A DNA stretch of 64,000 nucleotides from Rhodothermaceae bacterium Tc-Br11_B2g6_7 (GTDB lineage: Bacteria; Bacteroidota; Rhodothermia; Rhodothermales; Salinibacteraceae). The notes under the pieces were generated by a model. The model was given only the letters and a program-made list of their open reading frames with translations, had not been told where the DNA came from and searched no databases. The stretch lies in contig LKNB01000011.1 of the NCBI GenBank assembly GCA_001564055.1, positions 1,135-65,134 of the forward strand, in the 5' to 3' direction. The position numbers were made by a program, and so were the translations under genes. Positions 9,812-18,614 of this stretch are shown piece after piece. Position 1 is the stretch's first letter, and every line of letters begins with the position of its first letter.

Positions 9812-10236
9812 TTAGCTTCGACGCCTTACGCTTGCGGATCTGGGGCGCCCTGTCGATTGCCGGGGTGCTGCTCCTCTTGCTTCCCGGGTGTGTGGCAGCA
9901 GGACCGACCGCCCAGGCTGGCGACGAGAAAGTCGCGGAAGAGGGGATTGCCTCGTACTACGCCCCGCGCTTCCACGGGCAACGCACGGCCAGTGGCGAGC
10001 GCTACGACCAGGACGCGCACACGGCTGCCCACCGGACGCACCCGTTCGGCACCATCGTGCGGGTGACCAATCAGGAGAACGGACGCACCGTGGATGTCCG
10101 TATCAACGACCGGGGCCCGTTCGTGCGCGGCCGCATCATAGACCTCTCTAAGGCGGCCGCCCGCGACCTGCGTATGGTACGGGATGGGGTCGTGCGGGTA
10201 CGGGTGGAGGTAATCCGCTGGGGTGAAGGCCCGTAG
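9808..10236 (+). CDS. rlpA: RlpA-like septal ring lytic transglycosylase / DPBB-domain lipoprotein
   Basis: Signal peptide with LLLLPGC lipobox. [22 protein letters not shown]...[33 protein letters not shown] matches the RlpA DPBB domain. Its ATG overlaps the folA stop (ATGA). Confidence 0.85.
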   Translation: MISFDALRLRIWGALSIAGVLLLLLPGCVAAGPTAQAGDEKVAEEGIASYYAPRFHGQRTASGERYDQDAHTAAHRTHPFGTIVRVTNQENGRTVDVRINDRGPFVRGRIIDLSKAAARDLRMVRDGVVRVRVEVIRWGEGP

Positions 10237-10264
10237 GGTCACCGCGCGCCGTAACCCTACGGGC
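10229..10264. repeat. REP-like hairpin (11-bp stem, 14-nt loop) overlapping the rlpA stop codon
   Basis: GCCCGTAGGGT (10229-10239) pairs with ACCCTACGGGC (10254-10264). No U-tract follows. It lies 10 nt from the RAYT relic. Confidence 0.55.
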
Positions 10265-10273
10265 GTGGGTCGA

Positions 10274-10369
10274 TGCATCGGACGTGATGCATATGATCCC
10301 GTGCACGTGGTCCGGCATGACAACGAATGCATCCAAACCCACGTTGTCACGATGCCCAGTCCGCCCCCA
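10274..10369 (-). pseudogene. relic of a REP-associated tyrosine transposase (RAYT / IS200-like Y1 transposase), HUH-motif fragment only
   Basis: The minus-strand frame reads WGRTGHRDNVGLDAFVVMPDHVHGIICITSDA. Compare E. coli RayT ...INAWVVLPEHMHCIWTLPEGD and the common vvMPNHvHll HUH block. The N- and C-terminal parts of a full Y1 transposase are absent. Confidence 0.4.
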
Positions 10370-10468
10370 TTCCTTTCCCACCACCCACCCAAACGCCGAC
10401 ACCCGCACCTGCCCACCCAACGCCGACTTTTAACAGACTTTTACCTGCATTGAGAGTGTGTTTGCTGT

Positions 10469-10879
10469 GTGGTATATTGCGGTATCGATGTCATGAAAGA
10501 ATGCCAGAAATCCATGTCGCGTCGCTTGCTGTGGACCTACACGGGCGCAGGCTCGGTCATATTTGGAGCCACGCTCACCTACATCAGCGCAATACAGGGG
10601 TCCAACCTGATTGGGGGTGCGCTGCTGGCGCTCATTGTCTTGGTGCACTATCTCGCATTGCAGAGCATCTCTGCGGGCTGGCTCATTGAACGGTTCGCCT
10701 CGGGTATCGTGATCGTTGTCTTGCCCCACCTGCTGTTCTGGTTGCTGGGATGGGTGGCCGACCCCACCGTCGAACGTCCGACCAGGCTCAGCTTTGTTTT
10801 GTGGTACACCGGGCAGCTCCTGTTGCTGGCTGTGCCCGTCATGGCGGGCGTGACGTATCTGACACGACCGGGGGGATAG
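10469..10879 (+). CDS. hypothetical membrane protein (about 4 TM helices)
   Basis: The ORF contains several hydrophobic helices. No recognisable family. The start is uncertain because there are internal Met codons. Confidence 0.45.
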   Translation: MVYCGIDVMKECQKSMSRRLLWTYTGAGSVIFGATLTYISAIQGSNLIGGALLALIVLVHYLALQSISAGWLIERFASGIVIVVLPHLLFWLLGWVADPTVERPTRLSFVLWYTGQLLLLAVPVMAGVTYLTRPGG

Positions 10880-11043
10880 GATCCTTCATCCACACCACGC
10901 AGCAGGAAACGCCGCCGGGCTGTGGGGTGGTGAGGCGTGAGCTACAGCGCATCGTGACCTGGTCGACGTATGATCGCTGGCACCCCATCCCGCTATCAGC
11001 TATGTTGAACGGCCCGTTTGTCGCTTCACCTGCCACGCCACCC

Positions 11044-11679
11044 ATGCCGCATCGCCTCAACCTCGCCACGTGGAACCGCCGGGCGCATTTTGACTTTTTC
11101 CGGTCGTTCGATGAACCCTTCTTTGGCGTGACCTCACGGGTCCCCTGCACCGGTGCCTACGAGCGGTGTGAAGCGGCCGGGCACTCGTTCTTTCTGTACT
11201 ACCTGCACGCCACGCTGTCGGCAGTGCACGCGGTGACGCCGTTTCGGTACCGTATCGACGCGGAGGGGGTGATGGTGCATGAGCAGGTGGATGCCTCGCC
11301 CACCATCAGCCGGCCCGATGGGACGTTCGGGTATGCGTATGTGCGCTATGATCCGGACTTTGAGGCGTTTCAGGCGAAGGCCCGCGAGGAGGTGGCGCGC
11401 GTGCGTGCGTCGACGGATCTGCACCCCTCAACCGCTGATGATGCGGTGATTCACTTCTCGTCGCTGCCCTGGCTCAACTTTACGGCCCTGTCGCACCCGA
11501 GGCCCGCACTGACGTCAGCGCAGGCCGTGCCCGACAGTGCGCCGAAAGTGTGCGTTGGCAAGCGGCATCGCGCAGAGGGCACGCTACAGATGCCCGTTTC
11601 GGTGCATGTGCATCATGCGCTGATGGACGGGCAGCACGTGGCGCAGTTCTTTGATGTGCTCACGGAGCGGCTGCAGTGA
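11044..11679 (+). CDS. type A chloramphenicol O-acetyltransferase family protein
   Basis: WNRRAHFDFFRSF, SSLPWLNFT and MPVSVHVHHALMDGQHVAQFF align with the CAT motifs W.RreHFeFyr, SSlPWvsF and lPvSvqvHHAvcDGfH (catalytic His). 211 aa from ATG 11044. ATG 11002 is an alternative start. The tracked ORF from 10750 is probably over-extended. Confidence 0.8.
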   Translation: MPHRLNLATWNRRAHFDFFRSFDEPFFGVTSRVPCTGAYERCEAAGHSFFLYYLHATLSAVHAVTPFRYRIDAEGVMVHEQVDASPTISRPDGTFGYAYVRYDPDFEAFQAKAREEVARVRASTDLHPSTADDAVIHFSSLPWLNFTALSHPRPALTSAQAVPDSAPKVCVGKRHRAEGTLQMPVSVHVHHALMDGQHVAQFFDVLTERLQ

Positions 11680-11691
11680 ACGGGACACTCG

Positions 11692-13365
11692 TCAGCGGGC
11701 ATACACCTCGCGTCCGCCCAGGAAGGTATGCAGTACCTCAATGTCTGGCAGCGTCGTAGGATCAACGGTCAGCACGTTGTCAGAGAGGACCACGACGTCT
11801 GCCAGCAGGCCAGGCGCGAGGCGACCACGGGTGTCCTCCTGCCCGGCCGCGTAGGCGTTGTTAACGGTGTAGGCACGCAGGGCCGTCTCCACGTCGATGC
11901 GCTCCTCGGGTATCCACCCTCCATCCGGCGTGCCGTCAAGCGTCTGCCGCGTCACGGCCGCATAGATGCCTTCGAGTGGGTTTGAAGTGTACCAGGAGGC
12001 GTTGGTGCCGGGCCAGTCGGAGCCGAAGCTGAGCATGACCCCGGCGTCGTCGAGTGTGCGAAAGGCGTAGGTGTAGCGCGCCCGCTCCGGCCCGATGCGC
12101 TCTTCCATCCAGCGCATGTCGTCGATCGCGTGAATGGGCTGCATCTCGGCGATGAGATCCATCGCCGCCATTTGGTCGGCGACCTCCGGGCTGCGCAGGT
12201 GCTGTGTGTGGATGACGCGCCAGCGCTGATCGGCAGCCTCAACCGACTTGCGGGCCGTCTCCATCATGGTCAGCAGCGTATCGATGGCCAGGTCGCCGAT
12301 GGCATGGATCTGCGGCCAGTGGCCGGCCGCGGACGCGCCTCTGATGAGGCCCTGCATGCCGTCCGGGTGGCCCATCATCTCTCGCCAGATGCCCCGTTCG
12401 CCCGTGTGGGCATAGGGCTCGTAAAACTGGGCGGTGGCGTTGCCGAGAATGCCATCTACAAACCCTTTGAGGCCGCCCAGTTGCAGGTAGTCATCGCCGA
12501 ATCCGTGGGTGAAGCCTGCCTCCGCCAGGGCCTCCCAGCGGTCGAGCGTGGGCCGGGCGTAGACGCGCACCGAGAGCTCATCGCTTGCGCGCAACTGCTG
12601 AAACACGCGCATCTGCTCCGGCGGCGTGATATCGTGGATGGTGGTGACCCCGTGTGCGGCCAGGCGCTCCATCGCTACGTGGGCCTCGGAGCGGCGCTGC
12701 GCCATGGATTTTTCCGGGATGACATCGCGGACGGCTGCCGCGGCCTCGGGCGTGAGGCGTCCGGTCATGCGCCCCTCTTCGCAGTCGACGCCGCTATCCT
12801 GGCAGGTCAGGCCAGCCTTCTCCAGCGCGAGCGCGTTCGCCAGAAACTGCTCACCATCGAAGCGGGAGAGGAAAACCGGCGTGTCGGTCGTCAGGTCGTC
12901 GATCGCCTCCCGATCGGGAGTCATCAGGTCTTCCGGATCATCGGCCCACTGCGCGTACGCGCCCCAGTCGCCCCCCGTGATCCAGGCGTCCTCGGGCAGG
13001 CGGTCGCGCGCGGCTTCGACTGCCGCGGCCAGCGTCGCTTCATCATTCACATCCAGCAGGTTGATGCCCAGGAGCAGCGCCCCGGCCCGGTTGAAGTGGG
13101 TGTGGTTGTCGATGAAGCCGGGCACCACAAACGCGCCGTCCAGGTCCAGGACCTCCGTCGATGCGCCGATGTACTGTTCGACGTCGCCGTGAGCGCCCAC
13201 GGCCAGGATGCGGTCGCCCCGGATTGCAAGGGCCTCGGCCTGGGGCTGCTCCTCGTCGCCCGTCCAGAGGACGGCATTGGTGAGCACGCGATCGGCGATC
13301 TGCGCATCGGCAGGCGCGCCAACGAGAAGGACGTAGAGCAGGCAGAGGGAGAGCATCAGGCGCAT
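11692..13365 (-). CDS. metal-dependent amidohydrolase (Amidohydro_3 / YtcJ-like), secreted
   Basis: Signal peptide. GFIDNHTHF HxH metal motif. 557 aa TIM-barrel amidohydrolase architecture. Confidence 0.85.
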   Translation of the reverse strand: MRLMLSLCLLYVLLVGAPADAQIADRVLTNAVLWTGDEEQPQAEALAIRGDRILAVGAHGDVEQYIGASTEVLDLDGAFVVPGFIDNHTHFNRAGALLLGINLLDVNDEATLAAAVEAARDRLPEDAWITGGDWGAYAQWADDPEDLMTPDREAIDDLTTDTPVFLSRFDGEQFLANALALEKAGLTCQDSGVDCEEGRMTGRLTPEAAAAVRDVIPEKSMAQRRSEAHVAMERLAAHGVTTIHDITPPEQMRVFQQLRASDELSVRVYARPTLDRWEALAEAGFTHGFGDDYLQLGGLKGFVDGILGNATAQFYEPYAHTGERGIWREMMGHPDGMQGLIRGASAAGHWPQIHAIGDLAIDTLLTMMETARKSVEAADQRWRVIHTQHLRSPEVADQMAAMDLIAEMQPIHAIDDMRWMEERIGPERARYTYAFRTLDDAGVMLSFGSDWPGTNASWYTSNPLEGIYAAVTRQTLDGTPDGGWIPEERIDVETALRAYTVNNAYAAGQEDTRGRLAPGLLADVVVLSDNVLTVDPTTLPDIEVLHTFLGGREVYAR

Positions 13366-13554
13366 AAGGGTCGACCGGGGTTATGAGGGGGATGGAGACC
13401 CAAGATACGGTGTATGAAGGGTGGATGGCAACGGTAGCGAAAACAAGGGCCCGCAGCCGCTGGCCTGGCCGGTGCAAGGGAACCGGCTGGGTGTGGGAGA
13501 CTACTGAGCAGGCGCCGGCCCGCGCCACCTGTTGACAGACGCTGCAGCAACGCC

Positions 13555-15648
13555 ATGATTGACAAGAGTAATCCGTTCTACGCTCCCAGCACGCTTCCCT
13601 TCGAAGCGCCCGATTTTGACGCGATCGCGGATGCGCACTACGAGCCGGCGATGCTTGCAGGCATGGAGCAACAGCTGGCCGAGGTGCAGGCCATTGCTGA
13701 AAACCCAGATCCGCCGACCTTCGAGAACACCCTTGTGGCGCTGGAACGAACCGGTGCGCTGCTGACGCGCGTGCAGAAGGTGTTCTACAACCGGGCGTCG
13801 GCGCATACCAACGAGGAGATCCAGCGCATCCAGGCCGCCATGGCGCCCCGCCTGGCTGCGCATTCCGACAACATCCGCCTCAACGCCGACCTCTTCGCGC
13901 GGGTGCAGGCACTGTACGAGCAGCGGGAGGCCCTCGACCTGGACGAGGCGTCGGCCAAGCTCCTACGCGATGAGTACCGGGCATTCGTGCGCGCCGGTGC
14001 CTTGCTCAACGCCGAAGAGCAGCAGCGCATTCGAGAGATCAACGCGGAGCTCTCCTCGCTTAGCACGGAGTTTCAGGAGAAGCTGCTGGCAATGACGCAA
14101 GAGCGGGCTGTGCTCATTGATGACAGAAGCGACCTGGAGGGCCTGCGGGAGGACCGCATCGCTGCCGCCCGAGAAGCTGCAGCGGAGCGCGGGCATGACG
14201 GACAGTATCTGCTCTCTATCACCAATACCACGCGGGTACCGGTGCTCACCAGCCTCTCTAACCGCGAGGTGCGCCGGCGGGTCTGGGAGGCCTCGGCGCA
14301 GCGCGGCATCGGGCAGCATGAGGGCATCGATACCCGGCCGCTCGTTCTGCGCATGGCTGGGCTTCGTGCAGAGCGGGCAGCGCTGCTGGGCTACAAGACC
14401 TTCGCTCACTTTGTCCTGGAGCCGCAAACGGCCGAACGTCCAGAAGACGCGCTCGCCATGCTCAGCGACCTGATCCCGGCCGTCCGAGCCAATACCGAGC
14501 GCGAGGCCGCGATGCTACAGGAGCGGATCCGGGCGGATGGCATCGACGATGAGGTGCGGCCGTGGGACTGGGCGTACTACGCGGAGCGCGTCCGCGAAGC
14601 AAAATATGACATCGACGAGCAGGAAGTGCGGCCGTATTTCGAACTCAACCGCGTGCTGGAAGAGGGGGTCTTTTACACCATGAACCGACTCTTCGGTATC
14701 GCCTTCGAGGAACGCTTCGACCTCCCGGTGTACCACGAGGACGTGCGCGTATTCGACGTGCTCGACCATGATGGCGAGCCGCTTGGGCTGTTCTATGCCG
14801 ACTACTTCGCGCGCGATTCCAAGCGGGGTGGGGCCTGGATGAGCTCGTTTGTGGGCCAGTCACACGTGCTCGACCAACAGCCGGTGGTGGTCAACGTGCT
14901 GAATATTCCCAGGCCGGCCGAGGGGGAGCCCGCGCTCATCAGCTTTGATGATGTGACCACCCTCTTCCATGAGATGGGCCACGGCGTCCACGGGCTGTTC
15001 TCCGATACCCGGTACCCGTCGCAGGCCATGACGTCCGTGCCACGCGACTTTGTGGAGTTCCCGTCGACGTTTGAGGAGGACTGGGCTCTCCATCCGGAGG
15101 CGCTGGCCAACTACGCCATCCACCACGAAACCGGCAAGCGCATCCCCGATGACCTCCTTGAGCGCATCATCGCCGCTCGCGACTTCAATCAGGGGTTCGA
15201 GACGCAGGAGTACCTGGCCGCCGCGCTGCTCGATCTGGCATGGCATACCCTCGCTCCCGACGCGCTTCCTGAGGACGTGCTGGGGTTCGAGCGTGAGGCG
15301 CTTGCGGCGCACGGGCTGGACTATGCGCCGGTACCGCCGCGCTACAAGTCGCCCTACTTTGCCCATATCTTCGCCGGCGGCTACGCGGCCAACTATTATG
15401 CATATATCTGGAGCGAAGTGCTGGCCGCTGATGCGTTCGCCTACTTGGCGGAGGAAGGCGGCCTCACCCGTGAGAACGGTGAGCGCTTCCGTGCTGCCGT
15501 GCTCTCGCGTGGCGGTAGCCGGGAGGCGATGGATCTGTACCAGCGCTTTCGTGGACAGGAGCCTGCCGTAGCGCCGCTGCTCCGCCGTCGTGGGCTGGAC
15601 ACCTCAGTCAGTGCGCGTCCCACAGCGTCCGGCCACGGCGGACCCTGA
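13555..15648 (+). CDS. dcp: peptidyl-dipeptidase Dcp (M3 metallopeptidase)
   Basis: 697 aa. FHEMGHGVHG HEXXH zinc motif. Overall M3A/Dcp-like sequence (NPFYAPSTLPFEAPDFD...). Confidence 0.9.
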   Translation: MIDKSNPFYAPSTLPFEAPDFDAIADAHYEPAMLAGMEQQLAEVQAIAENPDPPTFENTLVALERTGALLTRVQKVFYNRASAHTNEEIQRIQAAMAPRLAAHSDNIRLNADLFARVQALYEQREALDLDEASAKLLRDEYRAFVRAGALLNAEEQQRIREINAELSSLSTEFQEKLLAMTQERAVLIDDRSDLEGLREDRIAAAREAAAERGHDGQYLLSITNTTRVPVLTSLSNREVRRRVWEASAQRGIGQHEGIDTRPLVLRMAGLRAERAALLGYKTFAHFVLEPQTAERPEDALAMLSDLIPAVRANTEREAAMLQERIRADGIDDEVRPWDWAYYAERVREAKYDIDEQEVRPYFELNRVLEEGVFYTMNRLFGIAFEERFDLPVYHEDVRVFDVLDHDGEPLGLFYADYFARDSKRGGAWMSSFVGQSHVLDQQPVVVNVLNIPRPAEGEPALISFDDVTTLFHEMGHGVHGLFSDTRYPSQAMTSVPRDFVEFPSTFEEDWALHPEALANYAIHHETGKRIPDDLLERIIAARDFNQGFETQEYLAAALLDLAWHTLAPDALPEDVLGFEREALAAHGLDYAPVPPRYKSPYFAHIFAGGYAANYYAYIWSEVLAADAFAYLAEEGGLTRENGERFRAAVLSRGGSREAMDLYQRFRGQEPAVAPLLRRRGLDTSVSARPTASGHGGP

Positions 15649-15663
15649 CCCTGCCCGGGCCAT

Positions 15664-16185
15664 TTGCTCGACTCGTCTACCGTTCATCGTTTCTGTGTGC
15701 CTGTGTCCTTTCGCTTGCGCCGCGCCACCCCTGCCGACGCTCCCACGCTCTGCAGCCTCATCAACGAACTGGCCGTCTACGAGAAGCTGGCCGATGAATC
15801 GGCGCCCGACCCCGAGGCGCTGGCCACGCACCTCGCGCCGGACGCGAACCCGCGCTGCGGGGCCGTGCTGGCTGAAGTGGACGCGACCGCGGTCGGCTTT
15901 GCGCTCTTCTACCCAACGTACTCTACGTTCCTGACAAACTGGGGGGTGCATCTGGAGGACCTCTTCGTGCAGCCGGATTTCCGAGGCCGAGGCATCGGGT
16001 TTGCACTGCTGGAGCGGGTGGTGCACATCGCCGCCGACCGGGGCGCGGAGCGGGTGGAGTGGATGGTGCTCGACTGGAATACGCTCGCACTCGACTTCTA
16101 CGACCGCCTCGGCGCGGAGCCCCTCGACGACTGGACGACCATGCGCCTCTCCGGCAAGGCGCTGCAGCGATTGGCGGAGCGGTAG
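15664..16185 (+). CDS. GNAT family N-acetyltransferase
   Basis: FRLRRATPADAPTL...; acetyl-CoA site FVQPDFRGRGIGFALL. The true start may be GTG 15697 or 15703. Confidence 0.8.
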   Translation: MLDSSTVHRFCVPVSFRLRRATPADAPTLCSLINELAVYEKLADESAPDPEALATHLAPDANPRCGAVLAEVDATAVGFALFYPTYSTFLTNWGVHLEDLFVQPDFRGRGIGFALLERVVHIAADRGAERVEWMVLDWNTLALDFYDRLGAEPLDDWTTMRLSGKALQRLAER

Positions 16186-16261
16186 CCGCTACGAACTCCG
16201 GTCGGTAGTGAGGAGGGGGCGCATTCCGGAGGCAGTCCATTTGCCTCATCGTCTAAGAATA

Positions 16262-16400
16262 GTGGCTCCGCAAAAGGCTGTGGCTTGGCCGGTGCGTGGG
16301 TGCTACGCGTTGGCTCTTTTCCCCCTCTCTTCGGTTCTCTCCCGTGTGGGGAGAGAAGGGGATTCGTGTAGGCGTTCCGGTGCGGCTGAATGGTAGGTGC
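16262..16400 (+). repeat. left copy of a diverged direct repeat of about 130 bp flanking the IS110 element (REP-like, contains hairpin TTCTCTCCC-GTGTG-GGGAGAGAA)
   Basis: Aligns by eye with 18262-18392. Both start ...GTGCTAC (16300 / 18291). The distal 50 nt has 8 mismatches; the proximal half is poorer and has indels. Confidence 0.6.
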
Positions 16401-18261
16401 TTCGTCTAAACGGCGGCGATTGGTGCTGCATCCGATGTGGCAGGGCAGCAGATGAGCACAGCAGCTTCTCGCGCTATGGTTGGTCGCTACAGCTTGCGGA
16501 AGAATTCCTTCTCCCCCGGCGGGAGAAGGCCAGTTAGTCCGGTAAAAGTCAAGTCGAACATCGCTGTTTTTGCGAACCATTTGTTTCTACGGGCGGTTGC
16601 TCCAGATAGGCGGCTGTCGGTGGTGATATCCCGCACATGGTGTCAACAGCACCTTGGGAATCCCGCTGCAGTCGCCTTCTTTTGCGGGTGCGGTCGGAGA
16701 CAGGAGCCGAGACGTCATAGCGCTGGTATCGACGCTTTTTCTCCTCGTGTGCTCCAGTGCTCTGCCCCCTGGCACGAGCACGGTTCCGCCGGTCGATCTC
16801 GGCGTCGAAGGGCGTCTGGTGCTTCAAGATGCCGTAGATAATGCGCAAGGTCTTGTGCATACATGCGCCAAGGGCCACCATCTTGGCCTTACCTTCTTCT
16901 TCGACCAGGCGCTCATACAGCGGCTGGATAATCGGATGATCTTGAATAGCTGTGAGCGTGATCATAAATAGCAACTGGCGCATCCGCGAGGATCCCTTCT
17001 TGCTCATACGCATCGCCCCAACGCCATCGCCGCTTTGTTTATAGACGGGATGGACGCCAAAGAAAGCAGCCATCTTCTTAGCCGAAGAAAAGCGCTCTAC
17101 GGTCTGGATCTCCAAGAGCAGCCCGACGGCGCTGTAGTCTCCGATCGCGCCGAAGCTTTTGAGAAGTTCCACGTCCTGGGGTAGATCAAGGGCCCTGGCG
17201 AGGCGTTCCTCGTGCTTGCCGATCAAACCATCGAAGTGCAGCAGCTGCCGGGCCAGTTCTCGGACAAGCTCCTCGGTGACCTCGCCAGCGGCCGACGCTG
17301 CGCTGGTGCTCGCACGTTCGACAAGCGCCTCTGCACGAGCGTCTGATACATACGGGATCTTGGCCACGGTCCTCGGGCGGGCCCGCCCAAGACGCTCCGC
17401 TGTCGGATAACGCGTTAAGAGCTTCAACAGCCAGGCCGGCGTCTTGCCACTTAAATACCGCATAAGCTCTGGATGCGCCCGGTAGAGCAGCGACTCAAGC
17501 TGATTAAACAGCGCAGTGCGTTGCTTCTTCAGCTGCTCGATAAACGTCCATTGATCGCGCAGCTCCGAGAGCGCATCTTCCCTTTGGTAGCGCACCTTGT
17601 TCGGATGAGCCAGCAAGAAGGTCGCAATGTAACGGGCGCTCACGCCATCGGTGATGGTGCGAGAGCCCTCGGCCTCGGCATGGCTTCGCACCTGCATCGG
17701 ATTTACCCGAGCCACCTGAACGGGCAGGCTTGCCTGAAAGCGGCCAAGGGCAGCCAGCCAGTTGTTCTCATAGCCGCCGGTCGACTCGATACCGGCGTAA
17801 AGCCTGGCTCCAGAGCGCTCTTCGATGAAACGAGAAAGCACCTGGTAGAGCTGCTGGTGGCCCTGAAAGGTATCATCCAGCTGAAACGTGGGCTCGGCAA
17901 CCTCTCGCTTCTGATCAACGATGACGAAGTCGGCATAGCCCTTACTAACATCAATACCGAGAAAATAGTTAGACATGGTAGCAGAGAGATCAAATCACGA
18001 TAATTAGCGAAAGTGATCCGCGAGCAAAGTGATAACAATGACCAGGGGAGCTCAGCCTTGCAGATTCGGTGTCATAGCACCACGATAGTCCTCGAGATAC
18101 AATCCTGGCCGGAGGGAGAAACTGTCCTGCGGGCTCGGAGCCCAGGATGAGGGTCCTCCTCTACGCCAGGATGATCATCAGGGAGACAAAAGATCAACCC
18201 CAACGTCACTTTTATCATGCAAGGATGAGGGGGAAGCCCAGCTTGTGTCATCGCTTACGGG
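16401..18261 (-). mobile_element. IS110-family insertion sequence (boundaries approximate)
   Basis: Single IS110-type transposase ORF. GC drops to about 48-55% in sampled lines against about 65-70% around it. The element sits exactly between the two repeat copies. No terminal inverted repeats are evident, as expected for IS110 elements. Confidence 0.6.
16549..17976 (-). CDS. IS110-family transposase (DEDD N-terminal domain plus Transposase_20 C-terminal domain)
   Basis: MSNYFLGIDVSKGYADFVIVD... is a typical IS110 N terminus with the first catalytic Asp. The C-terminal FFGVHPVYKQSGDG block is present. 475 aa with an Arg-rich C-terminal tail. Confidence 0.9.
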   Translation of the reverse strand: MSNYFLGIDVSKGYADFVIVDQKREVAEPTFQLDDTFQGHQQLYQVLSRFIEERSGARLYAGIESTGGYENNWLAALGRFQASLPVQVARVNPMQVRSHAEAEGSRTITDGVSARYIATFLLAHPNKVRYQREDALSELRDQWTFIEQLKKQRTALFNQLESLLYRAHPELMRYLSGKTPAWLLKLLTRYPTAERLGRARPRTVAKIPYVSDARAEALVERASTSAASAAGEVTEELVRELARQLLHFDGLIGKHEERLARALDLPQDVELLKSFGAIGDYSAVGLLLEIQTVERFSSAKKMAAFFGVHPVYKQSGDGVGAMRMSKKGSSRMRQLLFMITLTAIQDHPIIQPLYERLVEEEGKAKMVALGACMHKTLRIIYGILKHQTPFDAEIDRRNRARARGQSTGAHEEKKRRYQRYDVSAPVSDRTRKRRRLQRDSQGAVDTMCGISPPTAAYLEQPPVETNGSQKQRCST

Positions 18262-18392
18262 CAGCACGTTCACGAAGGGCTTCAGCGGGCGTGCTACTGG
18301 CTTTTTTCTTCGCTCTTTGGTGCTTCCTTGAGAGGGGAAAGAAGGCGTTTCGTGTAGGTGTCGCGGTGCGGCCGAACGGTAGGCGGTTGGGT
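18262..18392 (+). repeat. right copy of the diverged direct repeat flanking the IS110 element
   Basis: See the 16262-16400 entry. It is followed at 18420-18570 by further REP-like pieces (CTGAGCACGGCGAG..., GAAGAAGGCATCC) that resemble the tail of the 34700-type repeat. Confidence 0.6.
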
Positions 18393-18614
18393 TGGGCGGG
18401 AGTCGCCGGAGACGCGGTTGTACCGTGTGGGCTAATCGCGAAAGAAGCCGGAGCTGAGCACGGCGAGTGCGCGAAAAGCCTGCATGAAGAAGGCATCCGT
18501 GTGGGGGAGCCCCCGGCCGCGGGGCCGAACCCGTCGTGCGGAGGTCCGTTCGGAGAATGATACGCCATCCTTGGCGCAGCTCCCCTGTTGCGATCTCATA
18601 AAAACGTTTGTTCT

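Noticed and set aside
12130-13386. 418-aa plus-strand ORF antisense to the amidohydrolase. Similar long antisense or off-frame ORFs occur at 28433-29485, 31890-33287, 33366-34373, 38192-39349, 40715-41812, 45829-46674, 47226-48176, 54763-55509 and 56293-57297.
   Set aside because: All overlap better-supported genes, have Arg/Gly/His-biased composition and lack recognisable motifs.
16098-16580. 160-aa ORF in the left IS flank, and a 137-aa ORF at 18147-18560 in the right flank
   Set aside because: They run through REP-like repeats and hairpins, have odd composition and have no start context. They are most likely non-coding.
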